From Thermoplasmata archaeon (GTDB taxonomy: Archaea > Thermoplasmatota > Thermoplasmata > Lutacidiplasmatales > UBA184): DNA of 64,000 bases. Shown in pieces: positions 56,249 to 64,000 of this stretch. A program made the translations under genes and the position numbers. The notes under the pieces are model-generated. The model worked only from the letters and a program-made list of their open reading frames with translations, did not search any database and was not told where the DNA came from. Position 1 is the first letter of the stretch; each line of letters begins with the position of its first letter. The stretch covers positions 2,202-66,201 of the forward strand of contig DATJWA010000001.1 of the NCBI GenBank assembly GCA_035501555.1. The letters run 5' to 3'.

Positions 56249-57793
56249 TCAGACCACCGGGGTGAGGATCGCGTGCGGCGCGCCCTTCTCCGGGTCCGGG
56301 TTGATGGCGTACAACGTCGTGCGCGGCCGGATCCCGTAGATGCACGGCTGGTTGTCGATGTTGATGACCCGGAAGTACGTGTCCATCATGTTCAGGATCT
56401 CGCTCGAGACGAGGAGCCCCGGTTTCAACAGCCCGATCCCGAGGTTCCCGACGTGCTTGGCGCGCGAGACGCCCTGGAAGTAGAGACGGATGGCGACCTG
56501 GTCGCCCATCAGGCTCTCGAACGTGTCGAAGGCGGTGTACTCGATGAACGGCTTGCGGTCGGGCCCCCCGACGGCCTTCTCGGCGGTGACCATCGCGCGG
56601 AGCGCCTCCTCGCGGCCGTAGCGGGCCATCGGCAGGATGTACGGCTCCTCGGTCTCGTTCGCGGCGTAGTCGGGGATCCGCACGCGCGTGTCGAAGACGT
56701 TCGCCGGAACGTGGCGGACGAGGGTCTCCCGCAGCTTGTCCGGGGACTCGCCCGCGGCGAGCACCGCGATGATCCCGCGCCCCTGGGAGAGGAAGTTCAG
56801 GAAGGTCGGAGTGAACAGCATGTAGTAGTCGTCGATCCCGACGTTGACGTCGACCTCGAAGGCGTTGAAGCTCCCGCGCCGGAACCCTCCGCCGAGCACC
56901 GTGTCGAAGTCCGGGATCCCCGTCGAGTAGAACCGCTCCGGGTCGGTGAACGGCTTCCAGGCCCCGGTCGGGGGGAGCGTGTGGTCGCGGTCGGCGATGC
57001 CGAGCGCCTCGAAGCGGCCGCCGTTCAGCGTGACCGCGTAGCGGGCCCGGCTGATGTTGGTCGCGCGGAGCTTCTCGAGCCGGAGGTGGCGGATCCGCCG
57101 CTCGTCCAGCTCGTCCCGGTTGATCGAGATGAGCCCGTCGACCAGGTACTCGATCCCGCCGGCCTCGGGCTTCTCAAGGATCATCACGACGTCCGTGCTG
57201 GACCCCTCCACGAGGTCCTTCTGCAGGGCCATGACGAACTCTTCCATCTCGAGACCGTACTTGTGGGTCACTCCCTCGAGGGAGTCGATGACGAGCAGGG
57301 ACTTTTCCGGCAGCGCCCGCTCGATCCGGGTGTAGACGTTCTCCACCTCGGGCATCGGGCTCCGCTGGAGCAGCGCCTGGAGGTGGGTGCGGTCGACGCG
57401 CGTCGGCGGTCCGCGCTCCTGGCCGAAGCTGCCGAGGACCTCGCGGCCCGCACGGATCTTGCGCTGCTCGGACTCGGGGAGAGGCTTTTCCCCGCCCGAG
57501 GAGCCGGAGTTGATCGTGTCGAGGAACAGCTTCGCCGCGTCGAGCACGCGGGTCCGCATCTCGGTCGTCTTGAGCCAGGGGAACTGCCGGTAGAGCGCCT
57601 CGTCCCCGACCCGCGTGGACAGGTAGTAGGAGCGACCGGGCTGACCGACCCGCTCGAGGAGCTCGAGCCCGAAGGTCGTCTTTCCTGTGCCCGCCCCGCC
57701 CTTGACGATCAGCGAGCGGCCGCCCTTGCCGCTCAGGAAACCGATGACCTCGGAGGGGACGCCCCCGACGGTGCTGCCCTGGTCCGCACTCAT
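56249..57793 (-). CDS. KaiC/RecA-superfamily ATPase with degenerate second domain
   Basis: Domain 1 has Walker A GAGTGKTT and Walker B LLVIDSLE. Domain 2 (GIPDFDTVLGGGFRRGSFNAFEV...) lacks a P-loop. Start at MSADQG; the upstream GTG at 57901 is an alternative. Confidence 0.55.
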   Translation of the reverse strand: MSADQGSTVGGVPSEVIGFLSGKGGRSLIVKGGAGTGKTTFGLELLERVGQPGRSYYLSTRVGDEALYRQFPWLKTTEMRTRVLDAAKLFLDTINSGSSGGEKPLPESEQRKIRAGREVLGSFGQERGPPTRVDRTHLQALLQRSPMPEVENVYTRIERALPEKSLLVIDSLEGVTHKYGLEMEEFVMALQKDLVEGSSTDVVMILEKPEAGGIEYLVDGLISINRDELDERRIRHLRLEKLRATNISRARYAVTLNGGRFEALGIADRDHTLPPTGAWKPFTDPERFYSTGIPDFDTVLGGGFRRGSFNAFEVDVNVGIDDYYMLFTPTFLNFLSQGRGIIAVLAAGESPDKLRETLVRHVPANVFDTRVRIPDYAANETEEPYILPMARYGREEALRAMVTAEKAVGGPDRKPFIEYTAFDTFESLMGDQVAIRLYFQGVSRAKHVGNLGIGLLKPGLLVSSEILNMMDTYFRVINIDNQPCIYGIRPRTTLYAINPDPEKGAPHAILTPVV

Positions 57794-57877
57794 GGTGTCT
57801 CCGTGGGATACGGTCGGAGCGATGGACGTGGCGCGCACGAATCCATTCCGTAACCCGAGGATAGGATGGGCAAGCTC

Positions 57878-57894
57878 GGAAAGTAAAGCTTTCC
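57878..57894 (-). terminator. perfect hairpin downstream of alaS (GGAAAG-taaag-CTTTCC)
   Basis: 6-bp inverted repeat with an AT-rich loop in the 125-nt gap between alaS stop and the ATPase gene. It could alternatively be a promoter element. Confidence 0.2.
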
Positions 57895-57918
57895 GTCCCA
57901 CGGGCGCCGCATAACCGG

Positions 57919-60483
57919 TTACCCCGGGGGGGTACGGCGCGCCTCGGCCCGGGCGGCCTCGAGAGCGGACTCGAGGGGCGTGCCGGGCTCGCCGGCGGCG
58001 GTCGCGGCGAGCGGGTTGCCCCCGCCGCGCCCGCCGAAGATCGGCTTGGCCACCTCGAGCAGGCGATGGGCGGCGACCGCCGGCGAGCTCGAGCCGATGA
58101 AGAGGAGTCCCTTGCCCTCCCGCTCCGACGCGAGGATCGCCACCCGCCCGGGCTCGCGGGTCAACAGGCGCGAGAGCTCCTGGAGGTGGTCCCGGTCGAG
58201 GTCGACCTTGGCCGCCACGAACGACACCGGCCCCACGACGAACGTCGCGGAGGGGTCCGCCAAGAGGCGGGCGGCGGTCTGCCCAAGGTCCTCGCGGGTA
58301 CGGGCCTTCGTCATCTTCCGGCCCTCCTCAACCTCCTCCAGCAGGCGGTCGATACCCTCGGGGAGCTTCGCCGGAGGGACCCCGAGACGGCGCGCGGCCT
58401 CCTTGAGGACCTCCTCGTGCTCGTCGCGTACGTCGAGCGCGCGCTCGCCGCTGACGTACGTCAGCCGGACGATCCCGTCCTGGATCCGCTCGACGTCGAG
58501 GATGCCGATCGCACCGACCTCGCTCGTGTGGGTGCAGTGGGTCCCTCCGCACGCCTCGACGTCGAAGCCGGGTACCTCGACCAGCCGCAGGTCCTTTCCG
58601 GGGACGGCGCCGCCCTGGTAGAGCCGGAAGCCGAAGCGTCGCTCGGCCTCGTTGCGCGACTCGAAGTAGCTCTTCACGGGGAGGTCCTGGCGGACGACCT
58701 CGTTCACCCGGCGCTCAACGCGGTGGAGCTCCTCCCGGCTGAGCGGCTTGTAGTGGGTGATGTCGATCCGGGCCGACTCGGGTCCCTTGTAGGCGCCGGC
58801 CTGCCAGACGTGCGGGCCCAGGACCTCGCGCAGGGCGCCGTTCAGGAGGTGCGTCGCGGTGTGGTGCTGCATCAACTGGACCCGCCGCGCCCGGTCGATC
58901 TTCCCGCGGACCCGCTCGCCCGCGTGCCAGGCCGGGGGCTTGTCGAGGCGGTGGAGGACCCACGGGCCCCGGTGGGTCACGTCGACGACGTCGTGCTCCC
59001 CGAGGGAGCCCCGGTCGGAGACCTGTCCCCCTCCGGTGGGGTAGAAGTACGTCCGGTCGAGGACAACGAACGGTCCGTCGACGTGGAGGACGTGCGCCTC
59101 GAACGAATCGGTGTACGGGTCCAGGTAGTACAGGACCTCTGTCGGGGGAGTGCCCGCGGGCGGCTCGGGGAGACCCTCCTCCTTCTCGGTGTAGTCGGTC
59201 GTCGGCACCTCGGAGGCGTGGCGCGCGGCGACCTGGGCGTAGAAGTCCTCGGGGATCGCCGGCGGGTCGCGGAGCTCCTCGACGGCGACCTCCGGGGGGA
59301 CCCCGAGAGAGTCGTACCACTCCAGGAGGTCCGCCGCCGTGATCCGTCCGCCCGTCGCCCGCAGACGCTCCTCGGTCCGACGGATCGTGCCCCGTGCCCG
59401 CTCGATCGCCTCGGCGTACCGCTCGACCTCCGCCTGGACGACCCGATGGAGGTCGTCGCGGTGCTGGCCGACCTCCGGGTACTCGTGCGCCAGGTCGCGG
59501 GCCGCCCGGTCGAGGACGGCCAGGATGTCGGGGGCCTCCGGGGTCTTCTGCAGGATCCGAAGCATCCGCCTCAGGAGCAGTCGGGCGAAGTACCCCTCCT
59601 TGCTGTTCGAGGGGACGACGCCGTCCGTGAGCATGAAGTTCAGGGCCCGCGCGTGGTCGATCAGGATCGCGGTCTCCCGGGGAGGGAACGTGCGGCGTAG
59701 CTCGTCCCAGCCGCTCCCGAAGACCGACTCGTAGGCGCTCTTGGTGCCCTGGCTCGCCCAGACGAACCGCTCGAGCCCGTACCCCGTGTCGACGACCGTG
59801 AGCGGCATCGGCTTGAGCTGGTCGCCGCTCCGCGTGTATTCCATGAACACGAGGGTGGCGAGCTCGAGCCCCGCGGCCCCCACGCTCAGCGACGGGCCGA
59901 GGTTCCCGCCCCCCTCCCAGACCTCTTCCTTGTAGGTGATCGAGGTCGGCTCGCACCCGAGCTGCTCGGTCAGGAGCTCGTGGCAGAGCTCGGTGCATCG
60001 GTCCTTGAAGTAGACCTCGTGGTCCGGGCGGTTGAAGGCGTGGTGGGCCATCATCTCGAACACGGTCAGGTGGCGGCCGCTCCGCCCGACCTCCTCGAGG
60101 TCGATGAACCGCAGGCACGGCTGGCTGATCACGAGCGGGTTTGCGGGGGGCGGGATCGCTCCGCTGGTCACCCAGGGCTGGAAGTCGTAGACCGAGGCCT
60201 GGGTGAAGAACACGTCGTTCCGCCATCGCGCGACGGTCGGGTACCGACGGATCCGGGTGTGTCCGCGCGCCTCGAAGAACGATAGGAACGTCTCCCGCAT
60301 CTCGTCCAGGCCGTACGGGCGACGGAAGATCGGGTGACCGATGAACCCGTACTCTCGGCACGGGGCCTCCTGGCAGCGGTCGTGCGTTCCCAGGCTCCAG
60401 AACGCGGAGCCGCAGACCGTGCAGGTCTGCCGACGGAACCCGTGGGTGCGGAAGAACGGGAGCTCGTACTCGGCCGCGTCCAT
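57919..60483 (-). CDS. alaS: alanine--tRNA ligase, archaeal type
   Basis: 854 aa. N-terminal archaeal AlaRS block (FFEARGH...RNDVFFTQASVYDF), editing domain HxxxH plus CGGTH, and C-terminal DHHA1-like region. Confidence 0.9.
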   Translation of the reverse strand: MDAAEYELPFFRTHGFRRQTCTVCGSAFWSLGTHDRCQEAPCREYGFIGHPIFRRPYGLDEMRETFLSFFEARGHTRIRRYPTVARWRNDVFFTQASVYDFQPWVTSGAIPPPANPLVISQPCLRFIDLEEVGRSGRHLTVFEMMAHHAFNRPDHEVYFKDRCTELCHELLTEQLGCEPTSITYKEEVWEGGGNLGPSLSVGAAGLELATLVFMEYTRSGDQLKPMPLTVVDTGYGLERFVWASQGTKSAYESVFGSGWDELRRTFPPRETAILIDHARALNFMLTDGVVPSNSKEGYFARLLLRRMLRILQKTPEAPDILAVLDRAARDLAHEYPEVGQHRDDLHRVVQAEVERYAEAIERARGTIRRTEERLRATGGRITAADLLEWYDSLGVPPEVAVEELRDPPAIPEDFYAQVAARHASEVPTTDYTEKEEGLPEPPAGTPPTEVLYYLDPYTDSFEAHVLHVDGPFVVLDRTYFYPTGGGQVSDRGSLGEHDVVDVTHRGPWVLHRLDKPPAWHAGERVRGKIDRARRVQLMQHHTATHLLNGALREVLGPHVWQAGAYKGPESARIDITHYKPLSREELHRVERRVNEVVRQDLPVKSYFESRNEAERRFGFRLYQGGAVPGKDLRLVEVPGFDVEACGGTHCTHTSEVGAIGILDVERIQDGIVRLTYVSGERALDVRDEHEEVLKEAARRLGVPPAKLPEGIDRLLEEVEEGRKMTKARTREDLGQTAARLLADPSATFVVGPVSFVAAKVDLDRDHLQELSRLLTREPGRVAILASEREGKGLLFIGSSSPAVAAHRLLEVAKPIFGGRGGGNPLAATAAGEPGTPLESALEAARAEARRTPPG

Positions 60484-60626
60484 GGACGGCGCGCCGACGC
60501 TCCCTGCACATTAAGCGATTCGGTCCCCGCTCCCCCGAGAGGACTCCCGCCGTTCCGGCCCCGGAACGCGCTCCCGGGGCGACCCGTGCGTCTTATGCTC
60601 GAGGGAGGTCGAGAGGAGGGCTGCCC

Positions 60627-61859
60627 ATGTCCTCCCTGTCGCCCCGCACGGTCCGCCGCTCGACCGCCCTCCTCATCGCGCTCCGCGTCGGCTACGCCTA
60701 CAACTGGTTCTCGATCGGACCCGCGCTTTTGGCCGTCGGGTCGACCTTCTCCGTCGGTCCCGCCGATTGGGGCCTCCTCATCGCGGCGTTCCTCGCCGGC
60801 GCCGGGGCCCTCCAGGTGCCCGCTGGGCTCCTCTCGCGACGCTACGGGGCCCGCGCGGTCTCGCTCGGCGGGGTCGCCCTGCTCGCCGTGGGCGCGAGCG
60901 CGAGTGCGCTATCGACCAGCTTCCCCGAGCTGCTCGCCCTCCGTCTGCTGGCGGGAGCCGGCGCCGGCCTCTTCTTCTCGCCCGCGATCGGCCTCGTGGC
61001 CAGCCTTTATCCGGCCGGGCGGCGAGGCGTCCCCGTCGGCACGTTCAGCTCGGCGTTCAGCGCCGGCGCCGCCCTCGGGATCCTCGGCAGCTCCCTCCTC
61101 GTCCCCGCGGTCGGCTGGCGTCTCGCTCTCGGGCTCGGCGGGGTCGCGCTCGGACTGATCACCGTCCTCGCCTTCCTGCTCATCCCCCGGGAGGCGGGGG
61201 CGCCCGAACCGTCGGTGTCGACCCGGGGGGTCCCGGCGGCCCTGCGGCTGCGCGCGGTCTGGGCCCTCGGGTTCGCGTTCATCGGTTTGGAGGGGGCGAC
61301 GTTCGCCACGAGCCAGTTCGTGGTGCCGTACGGGGAGACGGTCCTCGGCTGGTCGGCGCTGCTCGCCGGGGCGGTCGCGATGATGTTCGTCCTCCCGAGC
61401 GTGGTCGGCGGCCCAATCGGCGGAGCGTTCGCCGAACGGTACAGGAATCACCGGACCCAGCTCGTGGCCGCGACCGCGACCGGCGCGGCGGTGCTGGTCG
61501 CCCTGCCCTACGCGGGCGTGGCGGTCGCCGTCGGGGTCGGCGTGGTGTTCTCGTTCGCCTACGGGTTCGTCTACGCCGTCATGTACGTGATCCCGCACTA
61601 CTGGAGCGGCCTGCCGGCCTCCGAGGTCCCGCTCGGCATCGGCCTGTTCAACTCGATGCAGCTCGCCGGCGGGGCCGGGGTCTCGGCCCTGTTCGGCTGG
61701 GTCGTCGCCCAGAGCTCGTACGCGACCGGGTGGACGATCCTCGCCGGCGTGGTCGTCCTGACCCTGGTCGCCCTCGTCGCGATGCCGCCGACCTTCCCGT
61801 CCGCGGCCGGTCCGCCGCTCTCGGGGGAGCCCGCCCCGCCCGGAGCGCCCGGCCCGTAG
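60627..61859 (+). CDS. MFS transporter
   Basis: 410 aa, about 12 TM helices, MFS loop motif LSRRYGAR between TM2 and TM3. Confidence 0.75.
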   Translation: MSSLSPRTVRRSTALLIALRVGYAYNWFSIGPALLAVGSTFSVGPADWGLLIAAFLAGAGALQVPAGLLSRRYGARAVSLGGVALLAVGASASALSTSFPELLALRLLAGAGAGLFFSPAIGLVASLYPAGRRGVPVGTFSSAFSAGAALGILGSSLLVPAVGWRLALGLGGVALGLITVLAFLLIPREAGAPEPSVSTRGVPAALRLRAVWALGFAFIGLEGATFATSQFVVPYGETVLGWSALLAGAVAMMFVLPSVVGGPIGGAFAERYRNHRTQLVAATATGAAVLVALPYAGVAVAVGVGVVFSFAYGFVYAVMYVIPHYWSGLPASEVPLGIGLFNSMQLAGGAGVSALFGWVVAQSSYATGWTILAGVVVLTLVALVAMPPTFPSAAGPPLSGEPAPPGAPGP

Positions 61860-62490
61860 CGCAGAGGTCCTCGATCGGACAGACGGGGCACCGCGGGCCC
61901 ACCGGCCGGCAGACGTTCTGCCCGTGCTGCACCAGGAGCGGGTTGACGGGGATCCAGTACTTCGGGTCGACCTCCGCCGTGAGGCGCCGCTCCGTCTCCT
62001 CCGGGGTCCGGGTCCGGACGACGCCGAGGCGGTTCGCGATCCGGTGGACGTGCGTGTCGACCGGGATCGCCGGGATCCCGTAGCCGAAGACCAGGACGCA
62101 GTTGGCGGTCTTCGGCCCGACGCCCGGCATCGAGGTGAGCTCGTCGAACGTTCGGGGCACGACCCCGTGGAACCGGTCGCGCACCTCCTCGGCGACCCGT
62201 CGCAGGACGCGTGCCTTGGTGTGGTAGAACCCGGTGCCGTGGATCAGCTCCTCCACGGAAGAGGTCGGGGCCCGGGCCAGCGACTCCGGGTCCGGGTAGC
62301 GGGCGAACAAGCGTGCGCTGGCGACATCGGTCGCTTCGTCCCGTGTCCGTTGCGAAAGGATCGTCCCGATGAGCACCTGGAACGGGTTCTCGGCGTGGTC
62401 GCGCAGGTAGGGGACTCGCCAGTCACCGGTATGGTAGAAGGTGCTCAACCGGTCGAGCAGGGTATCCCACGGGAACTCGCGCCCGTTCAT
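61648..62490 (-). CDS. nth: endonuclease III (DNA glycosylase/AP lyase, [4Fe-4S]) with basic low-complexity C-terminal tail
   Basis: HhH-GPD motif (LTSMPGVGPKTANCVLVFGYG...VDTHVHR) and cluster C-x6-C-x2-C-x5-C (CRPVGPRCPVCPIEDLC). About 60 aa of R/P/S-rich tail runs to the stop at 61648, overlapping the convergent MFS gene. Confidence 0.8.
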   Translation of the reverse strand: MNGREFPWDTLLDRLSTFYHTGDWRVPYLRDHAENPFQVLIGTILSQRTRDEATDVASARLFARYPDPESLARAPTSSVEELIHGTGFYHTKARVLRRVAEEVRDRFHGVVPRTFDELTSMPGVGPKTANCVLVFGYGIPAIPVDTHVHRIANRLGVVRTRTPEETERRLTAEVDPKYWIPVNPLLVQHGQNVCRPVGPRCPVCPIEDLCATGRALRAGRAPPRAADRPRTGRSAASRRGRPGSGRPRRRGSSTRSRTSSGRRPSRTGPRPRPRRRAASS

Positions 62491-63908
62491 CGCCGGTCCC
62501 CGCGTCCGACCGGCGGGCTCTCGACCCCCGGGTCGGAGAGGTCGGGTTCCTCGCCGTCGCTCTCCTGCAGGAGCTCCCCGACCAGGTAGTCGCTCCCGAC
62601 CACGAGGGTGAACCCGTCCGGGCCGGTCGCCGCCCGTGCGAGGTGGACCCCCTCCTCCGCGGTCCGGGCCTCGACGATCCGGGGGAACCGTCCGACGCCG
62701 TGCACCCGGAGCTCGGAGGCGGGGACGGAGCGCGCCGACCGGACCGGTACCACGACGAGGGTCCGGGCCAGCGGACTTAGGGCGTCCAGGATCCGGTCGA
62801 CCTCCTTCCCGCGTAGGGAGCCAAAAACGATCGCGCTCTCCGAGGGCTCGGCGAGCGGGAGCAGCTCGCCCAGGCTCTCGGCGACCGCCCGCGCGCTCTC
62901 GGGGGTGTGGGCGACGTCGTAGAACAGGTCCGGTCGCTGCGCCACGCGCTGGAGCCTCCCGGGCCAGCGCACCGCGGCGAGCCCCCGGCGCGTCGCTTCG
63001 GCCGAGAACGGGCGGCCGACCGCGGTGAGAAAGCGGACCGCCGCGGCGACCGCGAGGGTCACGTTCTCCGCCTGGAACGTCCCCCAGAGCGGAAGCTGCA
63101 GGTCCTCGACCGTCACGGCGGGGAGCCGGACGTCCAGCCGCTGTCCCCGCTCGGAGAGCGAGCGGTGGTCGAAACCGACCTCGCGGCCGAGGTGCCAGAG
63201 GGGTACCCCCGCGCGGCCCGCCGCCGCCTCCACGACCGCCGCCGCCCCCGTCGGGAGGCGGCCGACCACCCCAGTCATCCCGGTATGTAGGATGCCGGAT
63301 TTTTCTCCCGCGATCGCCTCGACCGTCGGGCCGAGCAGCTCGGTGTGCTCGAGCTCGATCGTCGTAAGGACGCCGACCCGGCTGTCGAGGACGTTGGTCG
63401 AGTCGAGCCGGCCGCCGACCCCGACCTCGATCACCGCCGCCTCGACGTGCTGGCGGGCGAACCAGTCGAACGCCAGCACGGTGGTGACCTCGAAGAACGT
63501 CGGGGCGCGGTCGATCGCACCGCTCGCCTGGAGGCGGGCGGCGGTCTCGTCCACGCGGGCCACCCCCTCGACCACCGACTCCCGGTCGATCGGGACCCGG
63601 TCGACCTGCATCCGCTCTCGGTAGCTCGCGAGGTGCGGCGAGGTGAAGAGGCCCGTCCGCAACCCGTGCGCCCGCAGGACCGCCTCGGCGAACGCCGCCG
63701 TGGACCCCTTGCCCTTGCTGCCGGTGAGGTGGACGGAAGGAAAGGCGCGTTCCGGATGGCCGTGGTCGGCGAGGATCGCACTCACGACCTCGAGGCCCGG
63801 GCGGATGCCGAACCGACGTCGAGCGAACAGCGAGTCGAGCGTCGCCCGATAGGCCCCGACGGGCTTCGCCGGGGTCGCGCGGGCCCCGGTCCGTCTCTTC
63901 AGCGCCAC
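62487..63908 (-). CDS. folC: folylpolyglutamate synthase / dihydrofolate synthase (Mur ligase family)
   Basis: P-loop HLTGSKGKGSTAAF, and Mur-ligase middle and C-terminal domains. 4-nt overlap with nth. Confidence 0.75.
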   Translation of the reverse strand: MALKRRTGARATPAKPVGAYRATLDSLFARRRFGIRPGLEVVSAILADHGHPERAFPSVHLTGSKGKGSTAAFAEAVLRAHGLRTGLFTSPHLASYRERMQVDRVPIDRESVVEGVARVDETAARLQASGAIDRAPTFFEVTTVLAFDWFARQHVEAAVIEVGVGGRLDSTNVLDSRVGVLTTIELEHTELLGPTVEAIAGEKSGILHTGMTGVVGRLPTGAAAVVEAAAGRAGVPLWHLGREVGFDHRSLSERGQRLDVRLPAVTVEDLQLPLWGTFQAENVTLAVAAAVRFLTAVGRPFSAEATRRGLAAVRWPGRLQRVAQRPDLFYDVAHTPESARAVAESLGELLPLAEPSESAIVFGSLRGKEVDRILDALSPLARTLVVVPVRSARSVPASELRVHGVGRFPRIVEARTAEEGVHLARAATGPDGFTLVVGSDYLVGELLQESDGEEPDLSDPGVESPPVGRGDRR

Positions 63909-64000
63909 ACCCGATGGAGCCGCTCAGTAGGTGGACCGTTCGCGGTAGGAACCATAGACGTCCTGGAAGGCGTGGACGACCTCGCCGAGCGTCGCGCGGG

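Noticed and set aside
57841-57918. Alternative GTG start for the KaiC-like ATPase at 57901, only 17 nt downstream of alaS
   Set aside because: The extension would place the hairpin at 57878-57894 inside the coding region and adds a non-conserved-looking N-terminus. ATG 57793 (MSADQG...) is preferred, but the long form is not excluded.
63925-64000. 3' end of a minus-strand ORF at the window edge (C-terminus ...TLGEVVHAFQDVYGSYRERSTY*)
   Set aside because: Only about 25 codons are visible, which is too little to assign a family (a folP-like gene next to folC is conceivable). Not reported as a feature.
1-64000. CRISPR arrays, IS elements, transposases, integrases, rRNA
   Set aside because: No regularly spaced direct repeats, terminal inverted repeats, DDE/tyrosine recombinase motifs or rRNA-like conserved blocks were seen anywhere in the window.

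Overview
This window is a very GC-rich (about 70% GC by eye) archaeal chromosomal segment, densely coding on both strands. The archaeal assignment rests on an archaeal-type AlaRS, GGGP/DGGGP synthases, CarS, archaeal shikimate enzymes (ADH synthase, DHQ synthase II, GHMP-type shikimate kinase), RPA plus RPAP, a homodimeric-type tRNA splicing endonuclease, and AT-rich TATA-like islands about 25-40 nt upstream of start codons suggesting leaderless or short-leader mRNAs. Protein composition is not acidic, so probably not a haloarchaeon; a Thermoplasmatota-like euryarchaeon is plausible but I cannot confirm it. Main content: (1) a 15-gene, translationally coupled aromatic amino acid super-operon, ADH synthase to DHQ synthase II to aroDE to aroK(GHMP) to aroA to aroC to asd to aspartokinase to trpEGDCFBA, where the embedded asd/ask pair fits the archaeal aspartate-semialdehyde-dependent DHQ route; (2) a TPP riboswitch upstream of a thiBPQ-type ABC transporter; (3) an ether-lipid cluster (DGGGPS, GGGPS, CarS) enclosing an uncharacterised DUF2070-like membrane protein and an M20 hydrolase; (4) a roughly 1080-aa surface protein with two six-bladed NHL propellers (12 tandem DNA repeats) plus Ig-like domains; (5) an orphan DNA methyltransferase with an N-terminal wHTH; (6) an accessory-looking stretch (21.7-25.5 kb) with tandem paralogous Cys-pair/polyproline small membrane proteins, GNATs and a mini OB-fold protein; (7) housekeeping genes pdxS, acnA, arcC, alaS, nth, folC, pyrE, pyrF, endA and an M16 peptidase pair. 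I found no CRISPR array, IS element, rRNA or convincing tRNA. Many long antisense ORFs in the six-frame track are GC-driven artefacts.
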